Below, piece by piece: positions 50,601-61,292 of a stretch of DNA of 64,000 bases. The stretch lies in assembly GCF_902713615.1 (NCBI RefSeq), contig NC_052147.1, positions 116,242,552 through 116,306,551 of the forward strand, written 5' to 3'. The DNA comes from Scyliorhinus canicula (Eukaryota). The notes under the pieces were generated by a model. That model was not told the origin of the DNA and did no database searches. It worked only from the letters and a program-made list of their open reading frames with translations. The first letter of the stretch is position 1. Every line of letters begins with the position of its first letter. Position numbers and translations under genes: made by a program.

Positions 50601-53600
50601 GCCACTGCGCCACCCCAACTTTATCCTTCTAATTTCAGCAAATTAAGTTCGACAAAAACAAATGGCAGTTAGAAGGAGTACATTAGAAGAAACTAGAGTT
50701 TCATACTGAAACAAGATGCCAATCTCCACCTTAATCTTGCCGTTGCTATTGTTGGGAGGTAGCATGGGGGCCGGTTTAGCTCACTTGGTTTGACAGCTGG
50801 TTTGTGATGCAGAGCAAGGACAACAGCACAGGTTCAATTCATGTACCAGCTGAGGTTATTCATGAAGATCCCACCTTCTCAACCTTGCCCCTCGTCTGAG
50901 GTGTGATGAATCTCAGGTTAAATCACCACCAGTCAGCTCTCTACTCAAAAGGGGAGAGCAGCCTATGGTCATCTGGGACTATGGCGACTTTCGTTAACAA
51001 ACCAAAAGAAAATAAGAATAATAGAAATGCCACTATGTTTTCATTGATGTGCACTGAGCTTAAAAGGAGCTCCTCTCCAAATTAGCAGTGTTAACTTACA
51101 AACCAGTCAGTGTAGTAATGCCATATCTTTTATTATTTTGCACCTCACAATATCTTTTTATTGCAACATCCAATGTCGAGTCACAATAACTGTTCCTTCA
51201 TTAAATGACTATACATTGCTTCAGCACCTCACAACTTCAAGGGTTATGCTAAAGCTGTTTAGATCTGATCAAGTTCTTTAGGGAAGGAAATCTGCCATCC
51301 TTAACTGGTCTGGCCTACATGTGACCCCAGATCCACAAGAATGTGGTTGATTCATTTTAGAGGGCAGTTAGGGATGGGCAATAAACGCTGGTCCAGCCAG
51401 TGAAGCAAATTAAAAATAAAATACAAGCACCTGAAGTTTGTCCGTGTTGTGGAAAATAAGCAGCAAGACCCCCAGAAACAGCAATGTGATAATGACTATG
51501 CATTTTAATTACTTTTTATTCGTTCACGAAATGTGGGAGTCACTGGCTGGGCCAACATTTATTGCCCGGAGGAAATTTAAGCGTCGACCACATTGCTGTG
51601 GATCTGGAGGCACACAGTAGGCCAGACCAGCTAAGGATGACAGATTTCCTTCCCAAAAAGAACATGAGTGAACTAGATGTGTTTCTATGATAAATCGACA
51701 ATGGTTGCATGGTCACCTTTAGACGTTTAATTCCAGAGTTTTATGGAATTCAAATTTCACTATCTGCCGTGGCGCGATTCGAACCCGGGTCATAGATCAT
51801 AGAATTTACAGTGCAGAAGGAGGCCATTCGGCCCATCGAGTCTGCACCAGCTCCTGGAAAGAGCACCCTACCCAAGGTTAACACCTCCACCCTCTCCCCA
51901 TAACCCAGTAACCCCACCCAACACTAAGGGCAATTTATCATGGCCAATCCACCTAACCTGCACATCTTTGGACTGTGGGAGGAAACCGGAGCACCCGGAG
52001 GAAACCCACGCACACACGGGGAGGATGTGCAGACTCCGCACAGACAGTGACCTAGGCCAGAATCGAACCTGGGACCCTGGAGCTGTTAAGCGACTGTGCT
52101 ATCCACAATGCTACCGTGCTGCCCAAGGGTCCCCACAGCATGACTCAGGGTTTCTCGATTATTAGTCCAGCGTCAATACCACTACACCACTGCCTCCCCC
52201 AAAATAAGTGGTGTTGTTGGGAGGGGGCGGTGGTAAACATTGGTCAAGACTCGATGGGCCGAATGGCTTCCTTCTGCACTGTAAATTCGAAATTCTATGA
52301 AAAGACACCAGGGACTAAATGATAACAAGATCACTTGCATCCCATGTAGGAGGCAGGCTGGGCATTAGTTTAATGCTTCATCCAAGAGGTGGCACATCAC
52401 AGTTTTTGAGAGAGTGTCCACAGGGATTTAGTGCTCAAGTTCCTGGGGCTGGAATTTGAACCACTTGCTCCTGACTCTTATTTACCATTGTAGCCCCAGG
52501 GGTAATTCAGTCATTTGTAGGCCATTCAAATCTGTTAGTTTTCTGTTCCTTTTCCAACAGAAAAAATTTTTCTTCGAAGAAAAAAAAAAGTACACAAAAA
52601 ACGTAAGCAAATTTATTGCAAATGCAAGGGCAAGTATGGGAAAGCACTCCAGAAGCGTTCACTTTTCAGTTGGGTGTCTTATGCCAAAAGAGAAACCAGA
52701 AATTTAAAAGTCAATTCTTTCTCAGATACACAGGTGGGACAAGTGCAGTTCCCAGCATTTGGCTCCATGACGCAGGCTGCTTTTGGAGGAAGGAGCATAG
52801 CTGATTTGTAACCGAGGAAAGGGGAGAAATCCTCAGTACTGGCTCCCAATTGTTAAGAGCAACACCGTTTACAAACAAACAAAAAATAACCGTCCTGACT
52901 CTCACAACATTAGATAACCATGTGGTGGAAAGTCTTACTCATAGGAAGTTAAAGGGGAAGGGGAGGGGGCGGAAAGAGTGGAAGTTATTAACAGTACCTG
53001 TTTAATTTATATATTAAAAAAACACATCAGAAATTTTATATATTAAAAAAACACATCAGAAATTTGATAATCCAACAATGGTGGGGGGGGGGGGGGGGGG
53101 GGGCGGGGAGAGTACGGTTATGTTTTTTTAAATAAAGGTCATGCAGCAGGTTTCCTTAAATTGTGGGAGAATTTGAAAAGAGGGAGAGCTGAACACATTC
53201 ATGCAGATTTGAAGCACTCGTGCTGGCTCTTTGCCCGCCGAGGCCAGAGTGGCAGCCCAGCAGCCAGTGATGGGAGTCCCGGCCGCCCTGAGCAACACCC
53301 CCCTCCGAGCCGCCACACACACACACTCACCCAGACCCGATAGCCTCTCCGCCAGGCCGGCGTCCCGGATTACTCGCGGCCCACCTTCGACTCCCCGCCG
53401 TTTCTGACAAAACAGAAACATTTTTTGTCTTAACTCCCCAAAAACAGGCCAGGGAAATCAATCATTTGCAAAATAATTTAAATACAATGCCAGTCCAGCA
53501 TGCACTAGATTTGAATAGATAATTGCAACAAAGCTACAGGCGATTAAAAAAAATATATATAATGCAAACTAGCTACCTGGCCGTAGGAGAATGGAGCTCC

Positions 53601-53693
53601 TATTATTCCCACTGAATGCACCAATCGTCTCTGCTTGGGGAACCAGCCCAGCCGTTTCTGCAGGAGCTCCGTAAACCCTCTCTGTAAAGACAT
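38494..53693 (-). CDS. ARG2: Arginase-2, mitochondrial, 8 coding exons, 355 aa
   Basis: Exons 53577-53693, 53331-53403, 40961-41138, 40616-40775, 40387-40481, 39626-39730, 38872-39008, 38494-38696 (1068 nt), GT-AG and in phase. Basic presequence [23 protein letters not shown]; arginase signatures GAPFS, GGDHS, WVDAHx[31 protein letters not shown]; ARG2-type tail DELPTPSS. Confidence 0.97.
38872..39008 (-). CDS. ARG2: ARG2 coding exon 7
   Basis: [45 protein letters not shown]; 137 nt. Confidence 0.95.
39073..40168. repeat. Inverted repeat pair (39073-39157 and about 40061-40168) bracketing ARG2 exon 6
   Basis: 60-nt core aligns as reverse complement with 7 mismatches by manual alignment. Confidence 0.85.
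39626..39730 (-). CDS. ARG2: ARG2 coding exon 6
   Basis: [34 protein letters not shown]; 105 nt, phase 2-2. Confidence 0.95.
40387..40481 (-). CDS. ARG2: ARG2 coding exon 5
   Basis: [31 protein letters not shown]; 95 nt. Confidence 0.95.
40616..40775 (-). CDS. ARG2: ARG2 coding exon 4
   Basis: [53 protein letters not shown]; 160 nt. Confidence 0.95.
40961..41138 (-). CDS. ARG2: ARG2 coding exon 3
   Basis: [35 protein letters not shown]...MLGGDH; 178 nt. Confidence 0.95.
41204..41441 (+). mobile_element. Short HE1-related SINE with A/T-rich tail (representative; also near 7711, 11080, 17655, 20899, 29252, 30932, 43322, 47836, 50388, 56167, 62478, 63130)
   Basis: Same head, shortened core, tail AATTGGAAAAAATAATTGGGTACTCTAAATT(T/A)n; 15-bp TSD GAAATGGCAATTCAG at 41189-41203 and 41442-41456. 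Confidence 0.9.
41518..42576 (+). mobile_element. Penelope-like element 3' end: GIY-YIG fragment and pseudo-LTR with an inverted partial duplicate; 12-bp TSD
   Basis: Frame 41963-42139 [37 protein letters not shown]; arms 41518-41961 and 42098-42538 are reverse complements; unpaired tail 42539-42576; TSD GTGCTGGATACT at 41506-41517 and 42577-42588. Confidence 0.9.
43555..44320 (-). mobile_element. CR1/L2-group LINE 3' remnant (related pieces at 28825-29190 and 31080-31830)
   Basis: Shared peptide [10 protein letters not shown] / [32 protein letters not shown] among the copies. Confidence 0.65.
47630..48076 (+). mobile_element. Family-2 element, single arm, split by a SINE (47836-48003, TSD TATTCTTGMGATTC)
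   Basis: CATTCTCCATGGCAAC..CCAATCAGAG..GGTATTCTTG / GTCCTGATTGAGTGCAAGGTGAAAC matches 9700-9880. Confidence 0.6.
50766..50991 (+). mobile_element. Fourth tRNA-derived SINE (head fragment also near 20325, tail fragment near 44425)
   Basis: TTTAGCTCA..TGG box A-like, GGTTCAATTC box B-like, tail GGGGAGAGCAGCCTATGGTCATCTGGGACTATGGCGACTTT. Confidence 0.7.
53006..53065. repeat. Perfect about 30-bp tandem duplication in ARG2 intron 2
   Basis: TTTATATATTAAAAAAACACATCAGAAAT twice; similar local duplications at about 19075-19134 and 42595-42646. Confidence 0.85.
53331..53403 (-). CDS. ARG2: ARG2 coding exon 2
   Basis: cag|[25 protein letters not shown]|gtgagt; 73 nt. Confidence 0.93.
53577..53693 (-). 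CDS. ARG2: ARG2 coding exon 1
   Basis: [39 protein letters not shown]|gtagct; 117 nt. Confidence 0.92.
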
Positions 53694-53725
53694 GTCTCCA
53701 GTTTAACAGCGAGCAGCGTGAGCTC

Positions 53726-53789
53726 CTCTTATACATGCACATCGCCATCCCTTCCAATTGGCTCGCTCCGAGCTTTGAAGGGCGGAACT
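53726..53789 (-). promoter_or_regulatory. Candidate ARG2 core promoter: TATA box, CCAAT palindrome, GC box
   Basis: TATAAGAG on minus strand at 53733-53726; CCAATTGG 53754-53761; GGGCGG 53780-53785; order and spacing typical of a Pol II promoter. Confidence 0.55.
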
Positions 53790-54513
53790 TACACAGCGGA
53801 AAAAAAAGTGTAAGAGGAGACATCCAGGCAACATAAACGCTGGACGATTTAAAAATATCCTCCAATTTATAACGTTCTTGCTGTGTGGACAAACTTCTCA
53901 CAAACTCAAAGCAGACTGAAGGCGATCTCCCTGCAGTTTCCTTCCTTGTAGGATTGTGGTTCCACAAATGGCGAGTACACTCTGATAACTTGACATTATT
54001 CATGTGTGAGGGTCATCAGGCTGTTGGATCTTGGGAACTTCAGAGCAACACCTCAGTGTGACCTGCAGTTGGCACTTGGGGACGCCAACCCTGTAGGATT
54101 GGGATGGAGTCTCCGGGAATTGAAGATCAATCTCCAGCACACTGCTGTGTGCAACCCTGGAGAGAAATCATCCGGACATTAAGAAAATATGTTTTTTGGG
54201 GCTAACTTTCTTTGAACATTTTACCATTTTATACAAATTTTGAAAAATAAGGCCAAATGGCTGTTTAGCTGACAGTAAAGCATCATTCAATTGGATAATG
54301 AGTTTTCTTGTTTTCCAATTGGGCAAGAAGGCAATGCTCACAAGGATGGCCAACTCATTTCTGCAGCACAGGGGCAAGTCATGTGATGAAACCTCTAGGA
54401 AAACATTTAAACACAGTTGGCAGTGCTAATTGTACCCTGTAGATTACCCTAATTGATGAACATAGACTGAATTTGAGATATTGCCTGCGTAGCTGTGCTC
54501 AAGGCACCATGGC

Positions 54514-54642
54514 ATGATGTGGATGGAGATGCCGGCGTTGGACTGGGGTGGGCACAGTAATAAGTCTGACAACATCAGGTTAAAGTCCAACAGATTTAGT
54601 TGGAATCACTAGCTCTCGGAGCATAGCTCTTCATCTCAGGGT
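54514..54642 (-). mobile_element. Solo 3' end (pseudo-LTR plus tail) of the same Penelope-like family
   Basis: GGAGATGCCGGCGTTGGACTGGGGTG..CAGGTTAAAGTCCAAC is the reverse complement of about 42460-42576. Confidence 0.8.
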
Positions 54643-54654
54643 GGTACTAGGGCG

Positions 54655-56520
54655 GAGAATTGCCCGGCTGAGAAGTCCTGGCCAGCTAACTGGCAGAAGC
54701 TTGAGGCCAAAGTCACCGCTCGCTCAACCCACTGGACGGGACTGCTATGAGCGCTGTCTTACAGGGGCGAGTGCTCGTCATAAACCAGCCTCCATGTTGT
54801 GGTACTGGCTGGTCACTTTGACCTCTCCCCCGCCTTTGTCTTAAAACTCCGGAGAATGCTTGTGGGACAAGAAACTGCACTGGGTCGCTGCTGAGGTTCT
54901 GAATCTGTCGCTTACGGAGAGCAGTCGCACCCAGGTAGCGACCTTCTGCCTTCAGACCCTGAAGCAATACCTCTATGATGAGCCCCCTCCATGATGGCGT
55001 GCCCTGGCGACAAATTCTTCTGCCCAGGCACATGGCCTAAACTATGACCTGCAGCTCCTGTTCATTGATATGTGGGGCCTTCGTTACTCCCTACAGGCGC
55101 TGCCCGTAATTTACCAGGACCTAGTTAAAGTTTGGAACATGGTCGCCTCGCGCCGCAGCTCTCCCCCTGTCAGGAATAGTGGCTCACGTCGGGAGCCGCT
55201 GGTCAGGAATCCGCACCTCCACCAGTACCATTTCAAGTAGCTGGTGGAGGGGAGGGCTGTGGCTGCTGGTGTGTCCAGGGTCAGGGAGTGCTGGGTGGCG
55301 AAGGAGTGGGTTGAATGATGCACCGCGAATTGGCACGCCGAGTGGCTGTCCAGCTCACAGCCAATGCCATCTATGACCTCTAAACAGTCATGCTCGGACC
55401 TGACAGCACTCGCAGTCTCAAGGACGCACAGATGTGTGGTGGAGTCCCATCTGAACGGACTCCGGCTCAACGGAATACCACAATGTCCCGGAACCTCCCT
55501 CGGGAGCTAAAGCCCCACGACCCCAGCCACCTCGCACTGCACAGAGGGATTTCCTGTATGGGCTGCTGTAGCATATCTTCCACCTCTTTGCCTTCGCCCA
55601 TTGTCTGGACACGCCTTGGTGCGACTTGTTGGCATCCGGCGGCTAAGGTCCCCACTGGAGCTCCCTCTACCCCTCCTCCTGAATCTTGGGGACCTAGGGT
55701 GGATAGTGTTGCATGCAGCAGTGCCTGCAATTACCATTTGCACTGGTTCACAGACTCCCCTGGTACCTGCTTCTTTTGCAGACTAGTTGTGTGCGTGGAC
55801 CATGTCTATGTTACCTGTTGTAGACTGCATCCCTATTCTGGTTTTGTGTCTAACCTTTTACTAATGTTTTCTTTACACTTCAATCCCATGCTCCTGAACT
55901 GCGGGCGACCGGTGCAGAGAGGGACGGAAAGGAGGAGGACCTCCTCGTGAACCTGATCCTGGGCCGTGCAAAACTTTCCATTAGCAGGTCCAGGTAGCAG
56001 GTGAGCAAGGGAGCCGTCCAGACCGACTGTCTGCCTCTCTTTTGTGGCCTCCTTCACAGCCGGGTGTCTCTGGAGAGGGAGCATGCGATGTCCACCGGCA
56101 CCATTAGGGCCTTCCATGCCCTGTGGGTGGCACATGGTCTGGGGTGCTTTACACACCCTTTGAGGTTTAAAAAAAAAAAATTTTTTTGAGTACCCAGTTA
56201 TTTTTTTTCCCAGTTAAGGGGCAATTTAGCATGACCAATTCAACTACCCTGCACATCTTTGTGTTGTAGGGGCGAAACCCACCCAGACACGGGGAGATTG
56301 TGCAAACTCCACATGGACAGTGACCCGAGGCCGGGATTGAACCTGGGTCCTCAGCACCCTAGGTAGTAGTGCTAACCACTGCCCCACCATGCCGCCCCTG
56401 CTTTGAGGTGTTTTAAGCTATCATTGCTCTTTGTTTCGGTTTTGGCGGTGCCCTTCTCTGAGTCGGCCCATTTTTGCTTCATCTCTTATTTTATTTAATC
56501 TGCTTGGTTGAGCTTCCTGC
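54655..56520 (+). mobile_element. Tx1-clade LINE ORF2 3' remnant with nested SINE 56167-56400 (TSD CTTTGAGGT)
   Basis: WPANWQKLEAKV, VLVINQ, SMLWYWLVTL, LHWVAAEVL, GDLGWIVLHAAVP, CFFC..DHVYVTC zinc knuckle, LVNLILGRAKLSI. Confidence 0.8.
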
Positions 56521-56939
56521 TCATTTACGGGTCACTGTGGTCTCCCCTCACCTGCTCACTCCTGCTGGGGGCCGCCAATGCCTGAAGGCCGTATGCTGGG
56601 GAGTGGCGGGGGGGGGGGGGGGGGGGGGACCCAGAGGATGGGAGCCAACCTGCAACCAACGCTGGAGGCGGACCAGCCCGACTATGTAGTCTGGCGGTGA
56701 TACGGAGGAATGCTTTGACAGAATTACTGCCTGGCAGTCTGGGGCTCGATTGCTGCCGCCCCTCGGTTTCTGTGGCCTGAACGAGGGAAGCGCGAATGGA
56801 CAGTGCCCTGTAACCAGCGCTAGAGCAGTGGAAGGGGTGCCCTCCTGCTCCTCCGGCCTGTTTTGTATCAGTGTGACTTCCTTCTGATGGGACTTTGCTG
56901 TTGGGAACTGCGGGAGGGGAGCAGTGAGGCACTTTTGCC

Positions 56940-59900
56940 CGAAGGAGCAAGCTGAGACGGATATAGTGGACATGCTGTTGTGGACTGCTCCTGACCAGGT
57001 GATGTGTTGTTCATGCATGATGTGGGAGCTGGTGGACCCGATTGTGGTTCCCAGTGAGCATGTCTGTAATAAGTGTTGGTTGCTTGAGGAACTCCGGCTC
57101 AGAGCTGATGAACTGGATTCTGAGCTTCTGACACTGCGACACATGAGGGAGGGGGAGAGGTGCCTGGAGACTGTGTTCCAGGAGGCGATCACACCCCTTG
57201 GATTAAGTACCTTGAATTTGGCCAGTGATCAGGGACAGGAGGGTGTGGCTGCGAGTTTGGCCTGCAGGTAGAGGGATCCAGGAGGTAGGGTTGCAGGAGC
57301 CTCAGTCCCTGAACTTGTCCAACTGATTCGGGATTCTTGTTCCCTGTCTGGACGGGAATGGAGAATGCAGGGAGAATGAGCAAACTGACCATGGCACCAT
57401 GGTACAGGGAGCCATTCAAGTCGGGGGAAAAGAAATGTAGTCTTAATTGGGGATAGTATAGTTAGGGGCATTGACATTGTTCTCTGTGACCAGGATCGAG
57501 AATCCCGAATGTTGTATTGCCTACCTTTAGCTCAGGTTCAGGATATCTCATCTGGGCTGCAGAGGAACTAAGAGTGGGAGGGTAAAGATATAGTTGTTGT
57601 GGTCCACGTTGGTACCAATGACATAGGTAGAAAAAGACAGGTTCTGCTAAGCGGGTATGAACAGCTAGGAGCTAAATTACAAAGCAGAGCCAAAAGAGGT
57701 AATAATCCCTGGATTACTACAAGAGCCATGAACTAATGGGCACAGGATCAATAAGATTAAGGAGGTAAATGCGTGGCTCAAAGATTGGTGTGGGAGAAAT
57801 GGGTTTGAATTCATGGGACACTGGCACCAGTACTAGGGAAGAGGGGACCTGTTCCGAAGGGAAGGTCTTTATCTGAATCATGCTGGGACCAGAGTCTTTG
57901 CGAATTGGGTAACTAGGGCTTTAAACTACAACATAGAACACACAGTGCAGAAGGAGGCCATTTACCCTATCGAGTCTGCACTGACCCACTTAGTCAGGGC
58001 ATACTCACTTCCACCCTATCCCCGTAACCCAATAACCCCATCTGATGTTTTTGGTCACTAAGGGAAATTTAGCATGGCTGATCCACCTAACCTGCACGTC
58101 TTTGGACTGTGGGAGGAAACCGGAGCACCCGGAGGAAACCCACGCACACACAGGGAGAACGTGCAGACTCCACACAGACAGTGACCCAGCGGGGAATTGA
58201 ACCTGGGACCCTGGCTCTGTGAAGCCACTGTGCTAGCCACTTGTGCTACCATGCTGCCCAATTAAATAGCGGGGGCTGGGGTGGGGGGGGGGGGGGGGGG
58301 GGGGGTAGGTCAGATGTAGGGGAGACTAGAAATTTCAAGGAGGAGGTAAGAGTGCAGGTTAGCAATGTGGGTGGATGGTTACCAGATAATAAAAGTGAGG
58401 GACAGAGCAGGTGACTGTCTTTATTCTTCAAGGAATTATAGAACAGTAGGGAAATCTAACATTAAATAAACTTAAAAGTTTGTATCTAAATGCACAAAAA
58501 TTTTGAAACAAACTTAATGAGCTAACGGCGCAAATAGAAACAAAAGGTTCCGACTTGGTGGGGATTACTGAAACGTGGTTACAGGGAGACCAGGTCTAGG
58601 AATTGAATATCCAAGGGTACGCAGTATTTCGGAAAGAGAGAGTGAAAGTTAAAGGAGGTGGCATCGCCCTGCTGGTGAGGAATGGGATCAGTGCTGTAAT
58701 GAGAATTGACATAAGCACTGGAGATCAAGATGTGGAATCGGTCTGGGTAGAATTAACAAATAACAAAGGGAAGAAGTGCCTGATAATAGTAATCTATAGG
58801 CCCCCAACAGTAGTTCTACAGTGGAGTGCAGTATAAACCAGGAAATACTGGGGGCTTGCAAAAAGGGTACGGCAATAATAATGGGTGATTTTAATATGCA
58901 CATAGAGTGGAGGAATCAAATTGGCAAGGGTAGCCTGGAGGCAGAGTTCATTGAATGTATTAGAGATTGTTTCCTGGAACAATATGTTGGGGAACCAACC
59001 AGAGAGGAGGCTACTCTCGATTAGGTATTCTGTAATGAGGAGGGATTAATTAATAACCTTATAGTTAAGGATCCACTAGGGAGTAGTGACCATTGTATGG
59101 TAGAATTCAAGATTCAATTTGGGGGCGAGAAAGTGGAGTCTCAGACTAGTGTTCTGGAATTAAACAAAGGGAATTACATAGGCTCGAGGACAGATTTGGC
59201 CCATATAGACTGGCCAGAAAAAGGCTAAAAGGTTGGACAGCTAATGAGAAGTGGCAGTTGTTTAAGGAGATACTTAATTCCTCATGACTAAAATATATCC
59301 CAGTGAGGAAGAAAGATGGGAAGAGTGATAAAAAACATCCATGGCTAAACAGGGAGGTCAAGGACATTATAAAGACAAACACTAAGTTATATCGTATTGC
59401 AAAGGCCAGTGGCAGACTGGACGATTGGGAAACTTTCAAACATAAACAAAGGGATACTAAAAAAAATTAATTAAAAAATCTAAGGTAAATTACTAAAAAA
59501 AAAACTAGCACAGAAAAAGGATAGCAAAAGATTCTACAGGTACATAGAAGGGAAGAGAGTCGCTGAAGTGAATGTTGGCCCCTTGGAAGATGAAACTGGT
59601 GAGTTAATAGTGGGGAACACAGAAGTGGCAAAGATGCTAAATCAATACTTTGCCTCAGTTGTCATGGTTTGGAAAGTCAAAGCTCTATCCATCCGAGTCA
59701 GCATGATTTTACGAAGTGCAAATCATGTTTCACTAATTTGCTTGAGCTTTTCAAAGATGTAACAAGCAAAGTGGATAATGGGGATCCTGTAGATGTGGTA
59801 AGTGATGAGCGGCACGGTCGCACAGTGGTTAGCACTGTTACTTCATAGCGCCAGGGTGCCAGGTTCGAATCCCGGCTGTCTGTGCAGAGTTTGCACGCTC

Positions 59901-61292
59901 TCTCTGTGTCTGTGTGAGTTTCCTCCGGGTGTTCCGTTTTGCTCCCACAAGTCCAGAAAGACATGCTGTTAGATAATTTGGGCATTCTGAATTCTCCCTC
60001 AGTGTAACCAAACAGACGCCGGAATGTGGCGACTTGGGGATTTTCACAGTAACTTCATTGCAGTGTTAATGTAAGCCTACTTGTGACAATAAAGGTCATT
60101 AGTGTATCTGGACTTCCGGAAAGCGTTTGATAAGGTGCCGCACACAAGGTTAATTTACAAGATGAGGTCACATGGGATTAGGGGTAATTTATTAGCTTGG
60201 ATAGAAGACTGGCTGACGGACAGCAGACAGAGAGTCAGGATAAATGGGTCTATTTCTGGATGGCAACGTGTAACTAATGGGCTGCCACAGGGTTTGGTCC
60301 TTGCGCCCCAGCTATTTGCAATCTATATTAATGACTTGGATACAGGAAGAGAAGGTTCTATAACCATATTTTCAGATGACACATAAATACGTGGGACAGT
60401 AAGTTGCAATGAGGAAATAAGAACCTTACAGATGGATATAGAAAGGAGAGTGGGCCAAAATGTGGCAGATGGAGTTTAACGTGGATAGCTGTGAGGTCAT
60501 GAAGTTTGGTCGATAAAATGGAAAAGCAACTTATGATCTAAATGGGGAGAGACTTCGGGGTGCTCCAATGCAGAGGGATCTGGGTGTCCTCGTGCTTGAG
60601 TCACAGAAAACAAGCATGCAGGTACAGCGGGTAATAAAGAAAGCAAATAGAATGTTGGCATTTATAGCAAAAGGAATTGAGTAAAAAGGGAAGGAAGTGA
60701 TGTTACAACTGGACAAGGCATTGGTAAGACCGCACCTGGAATATTGCGCACAGTTTTGGTCCCCTTATTTGAAGAAAGATGTAGTGGCATTGGAGGCATT
60801 TCAGAGGAGGTTCACTAGATTGCTTCCAGAGATGAGGGGTTTGTCGTATGAGGAGAGATTGAACAGTTTAGGCCTATACTTTCGAGAGTTTAGAAGAATG
60901 AGGGGAGATCTATTTGAGGTATACAAGATGTGAAAAGGTATGGATAAAGTAGACATGGAGCTGATGCTTCCTCTTGTAGGGCATTCTCAAATGAGAGGTC
61001 ATAATCTTAAAATAAGAGGTAGCAAGTTAAAACAGATTTGAGGAAAATCTACTTCTCTCAAAGGGTTATGAATCTGTGGAATTCACTACCCCAGAATGTG
61101 GTGGATGCTGGGACAGTGAGTAAATTTAAGGAGGAGTTAGACAGATGTTTAATTGGTAATGGGTTGAAGGGTTATGGAGAATGGGCAGGTGGTGGAGTTG
61201 AGGCCAGGATGGGATCAGCCATGATCACATTGAGGGGGTTAGGCCCGGGAGGCTAAATTGCCAATGCCCGCTCCTAGGTCATGTGTTCTATG
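56940..61292 (+). mobile_element. Long decayed CR1 LINE: ORF1 (Zn finger/leucine zipper plus SGNH esterase) and ORF2 (APE endonuclease plus RT), internal deletion near 59680, nested SINEs 57931-58259 and 59806-60100
   Basis: CCSCMMWE..HVCNKC..LEELRLRADELDSEL; VVLIGDSIVRG and VVVHVGTNDIG; GITETWL and IIMGDFN; YLDFRKAFDKVPH, FSDDT, LVRPHLEYCAQFWSP; CR1-type 3' end; many stops. Confidence 0.9.

Noticed and set aside
52926-52936. TonE/NFAT5-like TGGAAAGTCTT in ARG2 intron 2
   Set aside because: Short degenerate motif expected several times by chance in 64 kb; no clustering seen.
53688-53697. Perfect p53 half-site AGACATGTCT over the ARG2 start codon
   Set aside because: Only one half-site, and partly dictated by the ATG TCT coding sequence.
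53569-54003. 144-aa minus-strand ORF overlapping ARG2 exon 1
   Set aside because: Different frame from ARG2, runs through the putative promoter, and has no recognisable homology.
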